Of a stretch of DNA of 64,000 nt, positions 10,497-21,059 are shown piece by piece. Within the stretch, counting starts at the first letter, position 1, and each line of letters begins with the position of its first letter. The position numbers were made by a program, and so were the translations under genes. This DNA comes from Rhodothermales bacterium (GTDB taxonomy: Bacteria > Bacteroidota > Rhodothermia > Rhodothermales > Bin80): assembly GCA_965261255.1 (NCBI GenBank), contig CBDHCQ010000004.1, forward strand, positions 2,830,597 to 2,894,596, given 5' to 3'. Under the pieces are notes generated by a model. The model was not told the origin of the DNA and made no database searches. It saw only the letters and a program-made list of their open reading frames with translations.

Positions 10497-11039
10497 CTAA
10501 TTTCCGATCACACGATCCGGGTTTGCCCGCACAAAAGCAGCCCAGTTGTTATAGCGTGACTCTCCCGATTTTTTGCCCGTCACCTCCCGCTCTTTATGAC
10601 AAAACGCAATTGCCAGGGCATCCGAGGCATCGTGTGTTAGCTCGTGATTCAACTCGCCAAATTCCAGTAAACTGCTGACCATATAGGTTACCTGCTGCTT
10701 GCTGGCATTACCATTACCGGTGACAGATCGCTTTACCATTTTTGGCGTGTACTGTGTCACTGATACTCCCTGATTCAACACCGCCAGCATTGCCGCGGCC
10801 TGAGCCCGACCTAGCTTAAGCATGGCCTGCGGGTTCCTGCCGTAAACCGGCATTTCAATGCCACAGGTGTTGGGCTTTAATTCTTTGACAAGCCGGGTTA
10901 TTTCGTGATAAATAGCTTGAACGCGTACTACATGATCACCGGTAAACGCGACCGCCCCAAATCCATGAACCCGATTGTTCTCATCAATAATACCATAACC
11001 GGTCTGTAACGAACCAGGATCAATACCCAAAACTCTCAT
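10497..11039 (-). CDS. ruvC: crossover junction endodeoxyribonuclease RuvC
   Basis: 180 aa. N-terminal MRVLGIDPGSLQTGYGII with the catalytic Asp, and C-terminal HDASDALAIAFCH. Confidence 0.9.
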   Translation of the reverse strand: MRVLGIDPGSLQTGYGIIDENNRVHGFGAVAFTGDHVVRVQAIYHEITRLVKELKPNTCGIEMPVYGRNPQAMLKLGRAQAAAMLAVLNQGVSVTQYTPKMVKRSVTGNGNASKQQVTYMVSSLLEFGELNHELTHDASDALAIAFCHKEREVTGKKSGESRYNNWAAFVRANPDRVIGN

Positions 11040-11758
11040 TACATCTCAAGGTTAGTGAACACTTCCTGCACATCTTGCAGATCTTCCAGTCTTGTCACCA
11101 GTGTCTCGGTCTGGCGCACCTGGTCGGTTTCTTTTTTTACGGTCGTGATCGGAGCGCGAACAAGGCGTGCCTCTTCAATTCCGATTCCAGCATTAGCAAT
11201 CCCGGTCTGAACTGTTTCAAAGGCTTCTACAGGTGTAATAACTACGAACATCTCTTCTTCTTTTTCCATATCATCCGCTCCAATATCCGCCACAAGTTCC
11301 AGGAGCGCCAGCTCATCTATGTTCTCTGAGTTTACCTGGATCAACCCTTTGCGCTCAAAGAGATAAGCGACGCTGCCCGATTTAGCCAGGCGCCCTCCAG
11401 TCTTGGCGAATACGCTGCGCACGTCGGCGACTGTGCGGTTGGTATTGTCCGTCAGTGCGTCAACCATGACCGCCACTCCTTGTGCGCTGTACCCCTCGTA
11501 TGTGCACTCCTTGTAATCCTGCCCCTCAATTTCTCCTGACCCACGTTTGATTGCCCGTTCAATGTTTTCCTTGGGCATATTCTTGCCCTTGGCCTTCTGA
11601 ATGGCAAGGGCAAGACGTGCATTCATATCTGGGTCCTTACCACCCTCGCGGGCAGCTATCATAATGTCTCGAGTGATCACCGCCCACGCCTTTGATCGAC
11701 GGCTGTCGGTGACCGCCTTTTGTCGCTTAACCTTTGACCACTTGTTATGTCCAGCCAT
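11039..11758 (-). CDS. yebC: YebC/PmpR family DNA-binding transcriptional regulator
   Basis: 239 aa. MAGHNKWSKVKRQKAVTDSRRSKAW is the typical YebC N-terminus. It overlaps the ruvC start by 1 nt. Confidence 0.9.
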   Translation of the reverse strand: MAGHNKWSKVKRQKAVTDSRRSKAWAVITRDIMIAAREGGKDPDMNARLALAIQKAKGKNMPKENIERAIKRGSGEIEGQDYKECTYEGYSAQGVAVMVDALTDNTNRTVADVRSVFAKTGGRLAKSGSVAYLFERKGLIQVNSENIDELALLELVADIGADDMEKEEEMFVVITPVEAFETVQTGIANAGIGIEEARLVRAPITTVKKETDQVRQTETLVTRLEDLQDVQEVFTNLEM

Positions 11759-11761
11759 CTG

Positions 11762-14593
11762 TTAACGTGATAGGTAGAGGTTACGCATTTCGTATGGACG
11801 CTTGAAGTGGCTATCCGTGAGCGCATCTACAAATACAATGGTCTCACCTGTGGATTTCATTTCTGGACCAAGCTCTTTACGCACTTCCGGGAATTTGGAC
11901 CACGAGAATACGGGTTCTTTGATCGCATATCCTTGCAAATTGGAATCCAGTGCTCCCTCGGCCCTGAAGTCTTTGAGCTTGGCTCCCAGAATAACTTTGC
12001 TGGCAATTCGGGCCACCGGCAACCCTGTCGCCTTTGCGACGAAGGGAACCGTACGAGACGCACGGGGATTGGCTTCAATCACGTAAACCATGTCTCCCTG
12101 CACAACCATTTGTACATTCATTAATCCCAGCACTTCCAACCGATTCGCGATAGCTATAGTGTATTTCTTAATGTCTTGAATGACCGATTCGTTGAGAGAA
12201 TACGGTGGCAGAACCGCTGTGGAATCACCGGAGTGCACACCTGCAGGCTCAATATGCTGCATGATCCCCGTAACCCATACATCACCATCAGCATCGCGTA
12301 CAGCGTCTACATCAATCTCAATACCATTGTTTAAGAATAAATCAAGCAGGATTTCGTTGTGGGGCAGCAGTGTGTAGATATCGGTTACGTAACGCTCGAC
12401 CTCCTCTTTATTTATGGCAATTCTCATTCCCTGCCCCCCCAAAACATAACTGGGGCGCACAAGAATTGGGTATCCAATCGATTCGGCCACGCGTACCGCC
12501 TCGTATACCGTTTGAGCCATGCCATACGGGGGGAAGGGAATGTCCAGCTCTTTGAGAATCTCGGAAAACTTTCCCCGGTTCTCGGCCAGATCCATAAGTT
12601 CATAAGATGTGCCAAATATATTTATTCCCCGCTCAGAGAGCTTCCCTGCCAGCTTCAGAGCGGTCTGCCCACCGAGTTGAACAATGACGCCCTTGGGCTT
12701 CTCGTGTTCAATTATATCAAGCACACGTTCCCAGAACACAGGTTCAAAGTAAAGCTTATCCGCGATATCAAAATCTGTCGAGACCGTCTCGGGGTTACAA
12801 TTAATCATGATGGCCTCGTAGCCCATTTCCTGCACTGCCTGCACTCCGTGGACACAAGAGTAGTCAAACTCAATCCCTTGGCCAATTCGGTTGGGTCCGC
12901 TGCCAAGTATGATGACCTTATCCCGGTCTGAGACCGGGCTCTCTGTTGCACTTTCGTAAGAAGAATAGAAGTATGGTGTCGCGGCCGGAAACTCTCCAGC
13001 ACATGTATCAACTAGGAGGAATCGGGGACAGACATTTTGGGACAGGCGATACTGACGCACCTCCTCTTCGCTCACTTCGTCTGCTACGAGCCAAGCAATC
13101 TGGACATCCGAATAGCCGTGCTGTTTGAGGTTCAGCATTTGCTCTGGCGTGACATCCTGCAGACGTAATCTCTGGAGTGCTCTTTCCAGATCAATGAGCA
13201 TCCTTATCCGCTGTAAGAACCAGGGGTCAACTCGCGTGATATCGTACACTTCATCCATAGAGGCACCATGCATAAATGCATTCCTGATCTGGAGGGTTCG
13301 ATCCCAGTACGATCTGCGCAGACGCTCGCGCACGCGGGGGCGACTGGGGTTGTCCCGGTCCGCCCCTAGGCCTGCATAGCCGATTTCCAAGCTCTGCCAT
13401 GCCTTCTGGAGACTCTCGGTGAAGGTTCTCCCAATGGACATTACTTCCCCAACTGCTTTCATCTGCGTGGTCAGCTCCTCATCTACGCCCTCGAATTTTT
13501 CGAAATTCCAACGGGGAATCTTGGTCACCACATAATCAATTGCCGGCTCAAAACAGGCACTCGTAGTTTCGGTTACGTCGTTTTTTAGCTCATCCAGAGT
13601 ATACCCAACAGCGAGCCTGGCCGCGACTTTCGCAATCGGATATCCGGTTGCTTTTGACGCAAGAGCGGATGAGCGGGAGACTCGTGGGTTAATTTCGATG
13701 GCAATCATGCGTCCGTCCACTGGGTTAATCCCAAACTGCACATTGCAACCGCCTGCGAAGGTTCCAATAGATCTCATCATGCGAATAGCCGTGTCCCGCA
13801 TATGTTGGAACTGCTTATCCGTTAGCGTCTGGGAAGGTGCTACTGTCACGGAATCTCCCGTATGGACGCCCATGGGATCCACATTCTCAATTGTACAGAT
13901 TATGATCACGTTATCATTACTGTCACGCAGCAGTTCCAGCTCAAATTCTTTCCATCCATACACACATTCTTCAACGAGGACTTCATGGACCGGAGAGAGT
14001 TCAAGTCCCCGCATGACCTTCCTCTCCAACTCCCTGGGGCTCCATATAATTCCGCCACCTGCACCGCCCAGTGTGAAAGATGGCCGAATAACCACCGGCA
14101 AACCGCCAAGGGATTGTATAACCTCCTTCGCTTCCAGCAGACTCCTGGCCACCTGACTTCGCGCCTGATCCACACCGATCTCTTCCATCAGATCACGAAA
14201 CTGCTGCCGATCCTCTGTGATGTGGATTGCATCTATGTCTACGCCAATCACTTTCACGCCCTGCGCCTCCCAGTACCCCTGTCGTTGTAATTCGTCAGCC
14301 AGGTTCAGGCCCGTCTGTCCTCCCATAGTGGGCAGCACGGCATCGGGACGCTCCTTTTCGACAATTTTGCGGATAGATGGCGCGGTCAACTCCTCTAAAT
14401 AAATTCGATCCGCCGTAATGGGATCGGTCATGATCGTAGCGGGGTTTGAATTGACCAGCACGACCTCGTATCCTTCTTTGCGTAGTGCCCGACAGGCTTG
14501 TGTCCCTGAGTAATCAAACTCGCAAGCCTGGCCAATAATGATAGGGCCCGACCCGATCAGTAATATCTTGTGAATATCCGTGCGCCGTGGCAT
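11762..14593 (-). CDS. carB: carbamoyl-phosphate synthase large subunit
   Basis: Duplicated ATP-grasp architecture, starting [33 protein letters not shown]. The start is taken at M9 (14593). Its ATG shares one base with the carA stop (TGATG), which suggests translational coupling. Confidence 0.95.
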   Translation of the reverse strand: MPRRTDIHKILLIGSGPIIIGQACEFDYSGTQACRALRKEGYEVVLVNSNPATIMTDPITADRIYLEELTAPSIRKIVEKERPDAVLPTMGGQTGLNLADELQRQGYWEAQGVKVIGVDIDAIHITEDRQQFRDLMEEIGVDQARSQVARSLLEAKEVIQSLGGLPVVIRPSFTLGGAGGGIIWSPRELERKVMRGLELSPVHEVLVEECVYGWKEFELELLRDSNDNVIIICTIENVDPMGVHTGDSVTVAPSQTLTDKQFQHMRDTAIRMMRSIGTFAGGCNVQFGINPVDGRMIAIEINPRVSRSSALASKATGYPIAKVAARLAVGYTLDELKNDVTETTSACFEPAIDYVVTKIPRWNFEKFEGVDEELTTQMKAVGEVMSIGRTFTESLQKAWQSLEIGYAGLGADRDNPSRPRVRERLRRSYWDRTLQIRNAFMHGASMDEVYDITRVDPWFLQRIRMLIDLERALQRLRLQDVTPEQMLNLKQHGYSDVQIAWLVADEVSEEEVRQYRLSQNVCPRFLLVDTCAGEFPAATPYFYSSYESATESPVSDRDKVIILGSGPNRIGQGIEFDYSCVHGVQAVQEMGYEAIMINCNPETVSTDFDIADKLYFEPVFWERVLDIIEHEKPKGVIVQLGGQTALKLAGKLSERGINIFGTSYELMDLAENRGKFSEILKELDIPFPPYGMAQTVYEAVRVAESIGYPILVRPSYVLGGQGMRIAINKEEVERYVTDIYTLLPHNEILLDLFLNNGIEIDVDAVRDADGDVWVTGIMQHIEPAGVHSGDSTAVLPPYSLNESVIQDIKKYTIAIANRLEVLGLMNVQMVVQGDMVYVIEANPRASRTVPFVAKATGLPVARIASKVILGAKLKDFRAEGALDSNLQGYAIKEPVFSWSKFPEVRKELGPEMKSTGETIVFVDALTDSHFKRPYEMRNLYLSR

Positions 14594-15696
14594 CAACCAA
14601 AATCTGATTTTGAACACATCTGCAAGTACTCCTCAAATAAATAGCGACTGTCATGAGGCCCCGGAGATGCCTCTGGGTGATATTGAACACTGAACCCTTG
14701 AAAACCTTCAAAGCGCAGACCTTCTATTGTCTGGTCATTCAGGTTCATGTGGGAAATGTTCGCCAACTCACTGGATACTGACGATGGATCTACCGAGAAT
14801 CCATGGTTCTGCGTGGTCACCTCTACTCTGCCAGTCTTCATATTTTTTACGGGTTGATTAGCACCTCTATGGCCTACGTACATCTTGAATACTTCCATTC
14901 CCTGTGCCAAAGCCATAAGCTGGTGCCCCAGGCAAATTCCAAAAAGCGGAATGCCGGTAATCATTGCTTCCCGGACACAGGCGATCGCTTCCGGCATGAC
15001 TCTCGGATCCCCCGGACCATTCGAAAAGAACAAACCATCGGGCGACCAGGCCAATGCGTCCTTGAGCGACGTGTTTCCGGAAAAAACCTTAACACTGCAT
15101 CCCAAGGCTGCAAACGTGCGCAGAATATTGGTTTTTACTCCAAAATCGTACACCGCTACGCGGGGACCATCCGTATCCGAATAGGTGTATGGTTCGCTGC
15201 AGGTTACCCGCGAGGCCAACTCCAGTCCATCCATACTGGGCCACGCCCGTGCTTTATCTACTAACGAAGCATCATCCAGATCTGTAGATGAAATCACGGC
15301 ATTCATGACACCGCTTTCCCGAATATGTAGAACCAGTTTGCGAGTATCCACACCTGTGATGCCAACCAAGCCATACTTGTCCATATAGTTGTGCAGGGAC
15401 TCCTGCGCCAACAAATTGGAATATTCACGCGAAAAGGCTCGCACAACCAATGCGGAAACCATCGGTTTAGCCGCCTCCGTATCGTCGTCGTGTGCACCAT
15501 AATTACCTATGTGGGGGTAGGTCATCATCATGATCTGCCCGTGATAGGACGGATCAGTAAGGATTTCCTGATACCCCGTCATGCTCGTATTAAAGCATAG
15601 CTCGCCACCGCTTTCTCCAATGGCACCGATGGCTGTGCCGACCACTACTGTTCCGTCGGCTAGCGCCAACTTTGAGGATTGTGGTTCGAAACCCAT
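14593..15696 (-). CDS. carA: carbamoyl-phosphate synthase small (glutaminase) subunit
   Basis: 367 aa. The class I amidotransferase catalytic Cys lies in GICLGHQL. The N-terminal CPSase small-chain domain shows [17 protein letters not shown]. Confidence 0.95.
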   Translation of the reverse strand: MGFEPQSSKLALADGTVVVGTAIGAIGESGGELCFNTSMTGYQEILTDPSYHGQIMMMTYPHIGNYGAHDDDTEAAKPMVSALVVRAFSREYSNLLAQESLHNYMDKYGLVGITGVDTRKLVLHIRESGVMNAVISSTDLDDASLVDKARAWPSMDGLELASRVTCSEPYTYSDTDGPRVAVYDFGVKTNILRTFAALGCSVKVFSGNTSLKDALAWSPDGLFFSNGPGDPRVMPEAIACVREAMITGIPLFGICLGHQLMALAQGMEVFKMYVGHRGANQPVKNMKTGRVEVTTQNHGFSVDPSSVSSELANISHMNLNDQTIEGLRFEGFQGFSVQYHPEASPGPHDSRYLFEEYLQMCSKSDFG

Positions 15697-16642
15697 TTTA
15701 TCTCAGTTTGTGTACCTCTCAATAGATCCTGTCGGAATTCGAAAAGACCTTATGCCGTACGTAAATGACAATAACGGGAAGATACGCACGATAGCGATAT
15801 TCCAAGCATTCCGCTTGCCCAGTGACTATTCATGAGCATCAAACATAGTACGAGAAGGGGATCCTCAGTAGCCGCATGTAGAACATGTCGTCAGATTCTT
15901 GGCAAGCATAAGAAGATCCGGCCGCACCTGCAAAGTGAGATGATAGGCTGCAACTCGCCTAGCCGCAAGACACCGGGGACTTGCACCGTGCCCCATTCCG
16001 AAATCCTGCGGAGATTTGAAGCATTGTCGGTACAAATGGCGCTGGTGTTTTACCTGAACCTATTAGGTGTGATAGTCCATTGCCACAGGTTTCGCAATTG
16101 AGCCAAGCGCGCATTGTAGTCTTTTTCGTGGCGACCACGAATTTGACAGCCTGGAGGATTCTGCAAAATTCTAAACCTACTGTTGATGCAGTCAATCAAG
16201 TGCCGCAGATGCACCTCACAGATGAGCGTGCCAACGGCATATCTCGTCCATATGGCTTCTGAATTTCCATTGATGCTAACAGTTCGCGAATAAAAGGACG
16301 ATGTAATCCAGTTACAGACCAACAGCTACTCCTCACCGACCGACTAGACGAAATGTGAATCTGTGGTAGATGGGTTGAATGGTGATGCTCGGAATCATCC
16401 GACTCGGATGCAGTGCCTGAACGAGTACAGCAAAAACCGTGTGGCTATCTCAGACTGGTCTTCGATTGATCCAACACAGGAGGGCCCGATGAAACATCCT
16501 CTGTACAGAATACCGTACTAACAGGGGCGGACGTAGGCTACCAAGCCATCAAATCTTGATTACGAGGGTATAATCCCCAATCTGTACAAAGTCTATACTT
16601 CTATAGACTAGGGTTGCGAGGTGCTCAACAGACTTTCTGGAT

Positions 16643-17311
16643 ATGCGGCGCCACTTTGACGGTGATTCTTATTCGCTACGCCTGCTTGCCAGTATTATAG
16701 CGGCGCAGGTGCTGATCCTGCTTTGTATAAAGCTCTGGCCCATTGCACCTGAACCGAAACCACTTGACATCCTCTACTCCCGCCCAGAAGTCATTCAGAT
16801 GGAGGAAATTGTCTCCACTCGCCAAACACGGCGTGCTCCCCCGCCTCCTGCTCCCCTCCCTCCTGTTATTGCTCCAGACGACACTATCTTGGAAGAGGAT
16901 ATCCTGCTTGACCTAGATCCTCTCACGGTTACAGGTCCATCATTGGATGATATGCCGATGGAACCCGAAGGAGCTCCGTCAACTGGAAATGCTGCAACCG
17001 AGGCACCAAAACCAATTCGTATAGCCGTGCCCGAATATCCTAGAGCTGCTAATCGACGCAACATCAAGGCAGAAATTGTCCTCGACCTTGTGATAGACAA
17101 ACGGGGACGCGTGCAGTCAGCGCAAATTCTTGAGCGCTACCTACTGAACCATAGGGACAATACTCGGACGCTTGTTAATGCCCTCGGATACGGGTTGGAA
17201 GAAGCTGCTATGAGTGCCGCCATGCGATACCTCTTCCGGCCGGCGCGAAAAGATGGGGCTACTGTTGAGAGTACTCATGAAATTACTCTCACGCTCGGGG
17301 TCGGGGTCTAG
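16643..17311 (+). CDS. energy transducer TonB family protein
   Basis: 222 aa. N-terminal TM anchor, Pro-rich spacer (RRAPPPPAPLPPVIAP), and a C-terminal TonB_C-like segment PEYPRAANRRNIKAEIVLDLVIDKRGRV. Confidence 0.75.
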   Translation: MRRHFDGDSYSLRLLASIIAAQVLILLCIKLWPIAPEPKPLDILYSRPEVIQMEEIVSTRQTRRAPPPPAPLPPVIAPDDTILEEDILLDLDPLTVTGPSLDDMPMEPEGAPSTGNAATEAPKPIRIAVPEYPRAANRRNIKAEIVLDLVIDKRGRVQSAQILERYLLNHRDNTRTLVNALGYGLEEAAMSAAMRYLFRPARKDGATVESTHEITLTLGVGV

Positions 17312-17501
17312 TGCCTCCGGGCAGATCGTGCCAACGAGCATCCTCTATATCCAAAATCTCCTCCTCAAACTTGGGGGATGATGTGGCCCGGGGAGGCTTT
17401 GGGGTTGGTCTGTCCGCCTCTACTGCCTTGAACAGCCGCCAGACTGCCCTCAATAGAAAATACCCAATCGTCGCAAGTAGGATACCGGACAAGAGCTTCA
17501 T
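17289..17501 (-). CDS. hypothetical small membrane protein
   Basis: 70 aa. One N-terminal TM helix followed by a Pro- and charge-rich tail. It overlaps the 3' end of the tonB-like gene convergently by 23 nt. Coding status is uncertain. Confidence 0.35.
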   Translation of the reverse strand: MKLLSGILLATIGYFLLRAVWRLFKAVEADRPTPKPPRATSSPKFEEEILDIEDARWHDLPGGTRPRPRA

Positions 17502-18087
17502 TTAGATGATAGCTGATGAAAAACGCATCTTTGTGTTGTACACCCTTGTTATTCTCATCGAACCCTAAGTCCGCGCAATAATGTCTCCAATTGAACCTGA
17601 ACGCCCACGCCTGCAACTGTGTTCTGGCAATAACGGGTTTGGCGGGTACTTGGTGTCTATCGTGAGGTTTTTGACGTCAGAAACTGCACCGAACCATTCA
17701 ATGGTCAATCTACCCTGTGCTGCATCTGCGAACACGGTTCTTGTAATACACACGAAACAATTCCCATTCTGCCTAACGGGACCATGTGTGTATCATTCAA
17801 TTCAGTATCGAAGTGAACTTTGTACTTTTTGCCCGATCTCTTAGTCAATCAATTTGCCAATCAGACAAACCGGTCGACCAAGTAGACCCAACAACTAAGA
17901 AGAAGTGTGGCCGACAAGGCGTGAAAGTTGATTGAACTTGCAGGGGCCTATTGCTGCAACACCGAACAATCTCGCAAAGGCAACTTTATCCGCACCCCCC
18001 CAGCAAGTCCAAATGGACGAATTTCAGGGACTCTGACTACCCGATACCTGCTATGTGCCGACTATCCGGCACTAAGGTCTATAATCC

Positions 18088-18777
18088 TCACTTGAATAAT
18101 GCCGGCTTGCTTGGGTTAAAGTATGTGATCCCGTAGTGATCGGTCTCTACAATGATTCGAGACAGTTCGTCCAAGTCTTCTGGCCGTTGCTCAAAATCCA
18201 TCTGCTCAACGTTGACGTTTAGCAGCGGGCTCTTTGTATATCTGAAAAAAAAGTCCACGTACGCTTCCCGCAGACGCTTCAATAGGTCCATATTAATTCC
18301 GCGTTCATAAGGAAGATCTCGCTCACGAATTCGTTCGAGAGAACGTTCAAGACTGGACTGTATGTAAATGATCAGATCTGGCCTCGGAGTACTCGTCTCC
18401 ATTTGCATGAACAATTTGTCGTACAAGTACACCTCCTCGCCACCGAGATACATATGGGCAAAAATCTGATCCTTGTCAAATGAGTAATCGGTAATCACCC
18501 CCTTGTGAAATAAATCCAGCGTACGAAGGGTCGACAGTTGTCGATACCGGCTGGTCAGGAATGCAATTTGTGTCTGAAAGGCCCAACGCGAGGGATTGCG
18601 ATAAAATCGGGAAAGAAAAGGATTTTCCTCAAAATCCTCCAGGACAAGTCGCAAATCGAAACGCTTGGCTAGGTGGCTTGCAAGTTGTGACTTACCAACT
18701 CCGATCACGCCCTCTACTGCAACGTAACGAAGGTTGTCGGGAAGGGTATCCGTACGGCCCTTATATGCTGATTTCAT
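18088..18777 (-). CDS. deoxynucleoside kinase
   Basis: 229 aa. P-loop VEGVIGVGKS followed by LEDFEENPFLSRFY, typical of dAK/dGK-type kinases. Confidence 0.85.
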   Translation of the reverse strand: MKSAYKGRTDTLPDNLRYVAVEGVIGVGKSQLASHLAKRFDLRLVLEDFEENPFLSRFYRNPSRWAFQTQIAFLTSRYRQLSTLRTLDLFHKGVITDYSFDKDQIFAHMYLGGEEVYLYDKLFMQMETSTPRPDLIIYIQSSLERSLERIRERDLPYERGINMDLLKRLREAYVDFFFRYTKSPLLNVNVEQMDFEQRPEDLDELSRIIVETDHYGITYFNPSKPALFK

Positions 18778-19288
18778 TTTCTTTTATCATAAGCAACCAC
18801 GGCGTCCTGACTAAAACGGCTTTGTCTCTGCAGCTGGCAAGCACTGCAGAAACCGTTGCATCTATTGGACTTGGAATATAAGCCTCAGGCGCCAGATCAA
18901 ACCAGGGCTGTAACACGAATCGTCGTTCCTGGAGCCTTGGATGCGGCAATATGAGTTGATCTGTGCTGCATGTTAGTCCCCCGAATGCAAGAATATCAAG
19001 ATCAATTGTCCTGGGTGCATAGGGAATTCGGCGACAGCGAGCGCCCTCCCGCTCAATTTTTTGGCAGGCGTCCAGCAAATCCATGCCACTTAGATCTGTC
19101 CGTAATTCGACGACTGCATTCAGAAAATCAGGCGACATATCATTGGGCGCAAGCGTGTGTGCAGATCCTTCATACACAGGTGAGCATCGAACGAGAGGAT
19201 CTATTTGCTGCAACCCGGCCACTGCCTGGCGTAAGCATGCGAGCCGGTCTCCCAGATTTGATCCCAAGCCGATGTAGGCAGTTTGCAT
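18761..19288 (-). CDS. folK: 2-amino-4-hydroxy-6-hydroxymethyldihydropteridine diphosphokinase
   Basis: 175 aa. Shows AYIGLGSNLGDR, RTIDLDILAF and LILPHPRLQERRFVLQP, the canonical HPPK motifs. It overlaps the downstream kinase gene by 17 nt. Confidence 0.9.
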   Translation of the reverse strand: MQTAYIGLGSNLGDRLACLRQAVAGLQQIDPLVRCSPVYEGSAHTLAPNDMSPDFLNAVVELRTDLSGMDLLDACQKIEREGARCRRIPYAPRTIDLDILAFGGLTCSTDQLILPHPRLQERRFVLQPWFDLAPEAYIPSPIDATVSAVLASCRDKAVLVRTPWLLMIKENEISI

Positions 19289-19298
19289 AATACTTTTG

Positions 19299-19371
19299 TA
19301 CCCCCGCCAGGACTCGAACCCGGATATACGGCTTAGGAGGCCGTCGCTCTATCCTGTTGAGCTACAGGGGC
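19299..19371 (-). tRNA. tRNA-Arg (anticodon CCT), CCA not encoded
   Basis: The reverse complement folds as GCCCCTG-TA-GCTCAACAGGATAGAGC-G-ACGGC-CTCCTAA-GCCGT-ATAT-CCGGG-TTCGAGT-CCTGG-CGGGGGT-A. Pair 1:72 is a G:U wobble. Confidence 0.85.
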
Positions 19372-20021
19372 TGATTGCCACGCAACTGTGCAATGCGATC
19401 AGGTATTGATCCGCCAAAAATGGCGCTGCCAGCGACCACGACATCCGCACCGCACTCGCGAGGTTCGTGCACATTGTACGGCTTGATCCCTCCATCTACT
19501 TCCAGTAATGCCTTACTGGAAGCCCGGTTCAGCATTGCCTTCAATTCCCCTATGCGTCCATTGGACTCAGGCAGATAAGACTGACCAGCAAACCCTGGAT
19601 ATACTGACATGATCATAGCTACATCTATATCGGCCAACCAAGGCTCCAGTTGATTAAGCGATGTATTCGGATTAAGCGTGAGTCCTGGCCTACAACCTAG
19701 AGAACGGATTTTATGAAGTGCAGCCCCCACATCCTTGCAGGCTTCAATGTGGACTGTGATTATGTCTGATCCCGCCCGCGCAAACTCTTCCAGGTAGCGC
19801 TCCGGCTCCGAGATCATTAGATGCGTATCCAATGTTACGCCAGTCTCAGCTTTAAGTGATTGAAGCGCACGGACAGCTAATGGGCCAAAGGTCAGATTTG
19901 GCACAAAATGCCCATCCATCACATCTATGTGTAACCAGTCCGCCCCGGCAGCCACAGCTTCCGCTGCATGTGCCTCCAATCGGGCAAAATCAGCGGATAG
20001 AATGGATGCAGCTATCAGCAT
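19362..20021 (-). CDS. rpe: ribulose-phosphate 3-epimerase
   Basis: MLIAASILSADFARLE..., DVMDGHFVPN and VDGGI are Rpe hallmarks. ATG at 20021 chosen (the track start at 20036 is a TTG). The last codons and the stop lie inside the tRNA-Arg gene. Confidence 0.9.
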   Translation of the reverse strand: MLIAASILSADFARLEAHAAEAVAAGADWLHIDVMDGHFVPNLTFGPLAVRALQSLKAETGVTLDTHLMISEPERYLEEFARAGSDIITVHIEACKDVGAALHKIRSLGCRPGLTLNPNTSLNQLEPWLADIDVAMIMSVYPGFAGQSYLPESNGRIGELKAMLNRASSKALLEVDGGIKPYNVHEPRECGADVVVAGSAIFGGSIPDRIAQLRGNQPL

Positions 20022-20022
20022 A

Positions 20023-21057
20023 CTAAACACCAGCAAAGAGCGCTACTATGAGCGCCATCACAAGCACATTCACGAGCGCGACCGGCAACAACACTTTCCA
20101 GCCAATCTGCATAAGCTGGTTGTACTTAAAGCGAGGCAACGTCCAACGTACCCACAAAAACAAAAATACGAAGAACCCAACCTTAAGAAACAAACTCCCG
20201 ACCTGCATAAGCCCGAGCCAAACAGAACCCTCAAGCCCAGGAAAAGCAGCAAGCAGCTGCGGTTCAAACGGGATGAGGTAGCCACCAAAGAAAAAAGTCG
20301 CAATCACAAAGGATGCCACGAACCAGTTGACATATTCGGCCAGGAAAAACATGCCAAATTTCATTCCACTATACTCGGTATGATATCCACCCACCAACTC
20401 CTGCTCAGCCTCAGGTAGATCAAACGGTGCACGGTTCGTCTCCGCAAAAGCCGTTATAATAAAAATGACTGCACCGATCGGGTTTCGAAAGACATTCCAT
20501 CCCAGGATTGCTCCACCTGCAGCCTGATTCTCTACAATCTCCACAACACTGAGGGATCCAGCCGTGACCACTACACTCGCCACAGCCAACCCCATCGATA
20601 ACTCATACGAAATCATCTGCGCGCTTGAGCGCAAGCCACCCAAAAGCGAAAACTTGCTGTTACTACTCCAGCCTGCAAGCGTGACCCCGTAAACCGAAAT
20701 ACTCGTTAGCGCCAGGATAATGAGTGCGCTTACAGCACTGTCCACAATCACAACTCCGCGCGCATACGGAATCAGCGCCGGAACCGTCATCGCTACAACG
20801 ACCATGATGACCGGGGCCAGAGCATGCACAAATCTGCTTGCACCTTCGGGGACCGTATCCTCCTTGAACACGAGCTTGAATACGTCCGCGAACGGCTGAA
20901 AAAACCCGCCCGGGCCAACCCGATTAGGACCTGGCCTGTTCTGAATAAAGGCAGACACTTTACGCTCAGCATACACTAGGCAGGATGCTGATATCAGCAT
21001 AAAATTGATAATACCGAAGGCCACTAAGGCCAATAAACCGGGCGACAGATTCATCAC
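20023..21057 (-). CDS. nuoH: NADH-quinone oxidoreductase subunit H
   Basis: 344 aa polytopic membrane protein. Shows ERKVSAFIQNRPGPNRVGP and AETNRAPFDLPEAEQELVGGYHTEYSG. Confidence 0.95.
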   Translation of the reverse strand: MMNLSPGLLALVAFGIINFMLISASCLVYAERKVSAFIQNRPGPNRVGPGGFFQPFADVFKLVFKEDTVPEGASRFVHALAPVIMVVVAMTVPALIPYARGVVIVDSAVSALIILALTSISVYGVTLAGWSSNSKFSLLGGLRSSAQMISYELSMGLAVASVVVTAGSLSVVEIVENQAAGGAILGWNVFRNPIGAVIFIITAFAETNRAPFDLPEAEQELVGGYHTEYSGMKFGMFFLAEYVNWFVASFVIATFFFGGYLIPFEPQLLAAFPGLEGSVWLGLMQVGSLFLKVGFFVFLFLWVRWTLPRFKYNQLMQIGWKVLLPVALVNVLVMALIVALFAGV

Positions 21058-21059
21058 CT

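Noticed and set aside
16320-16560. TPP riboswitch (CTGAGA on the minus strand near 16450) in the carA/tonB spacer
   Set aside because: Only the hexamer is present. The ACCTGATCTGGATAATGCCAGCG-like pyrophosphate-sensing helix is absent.
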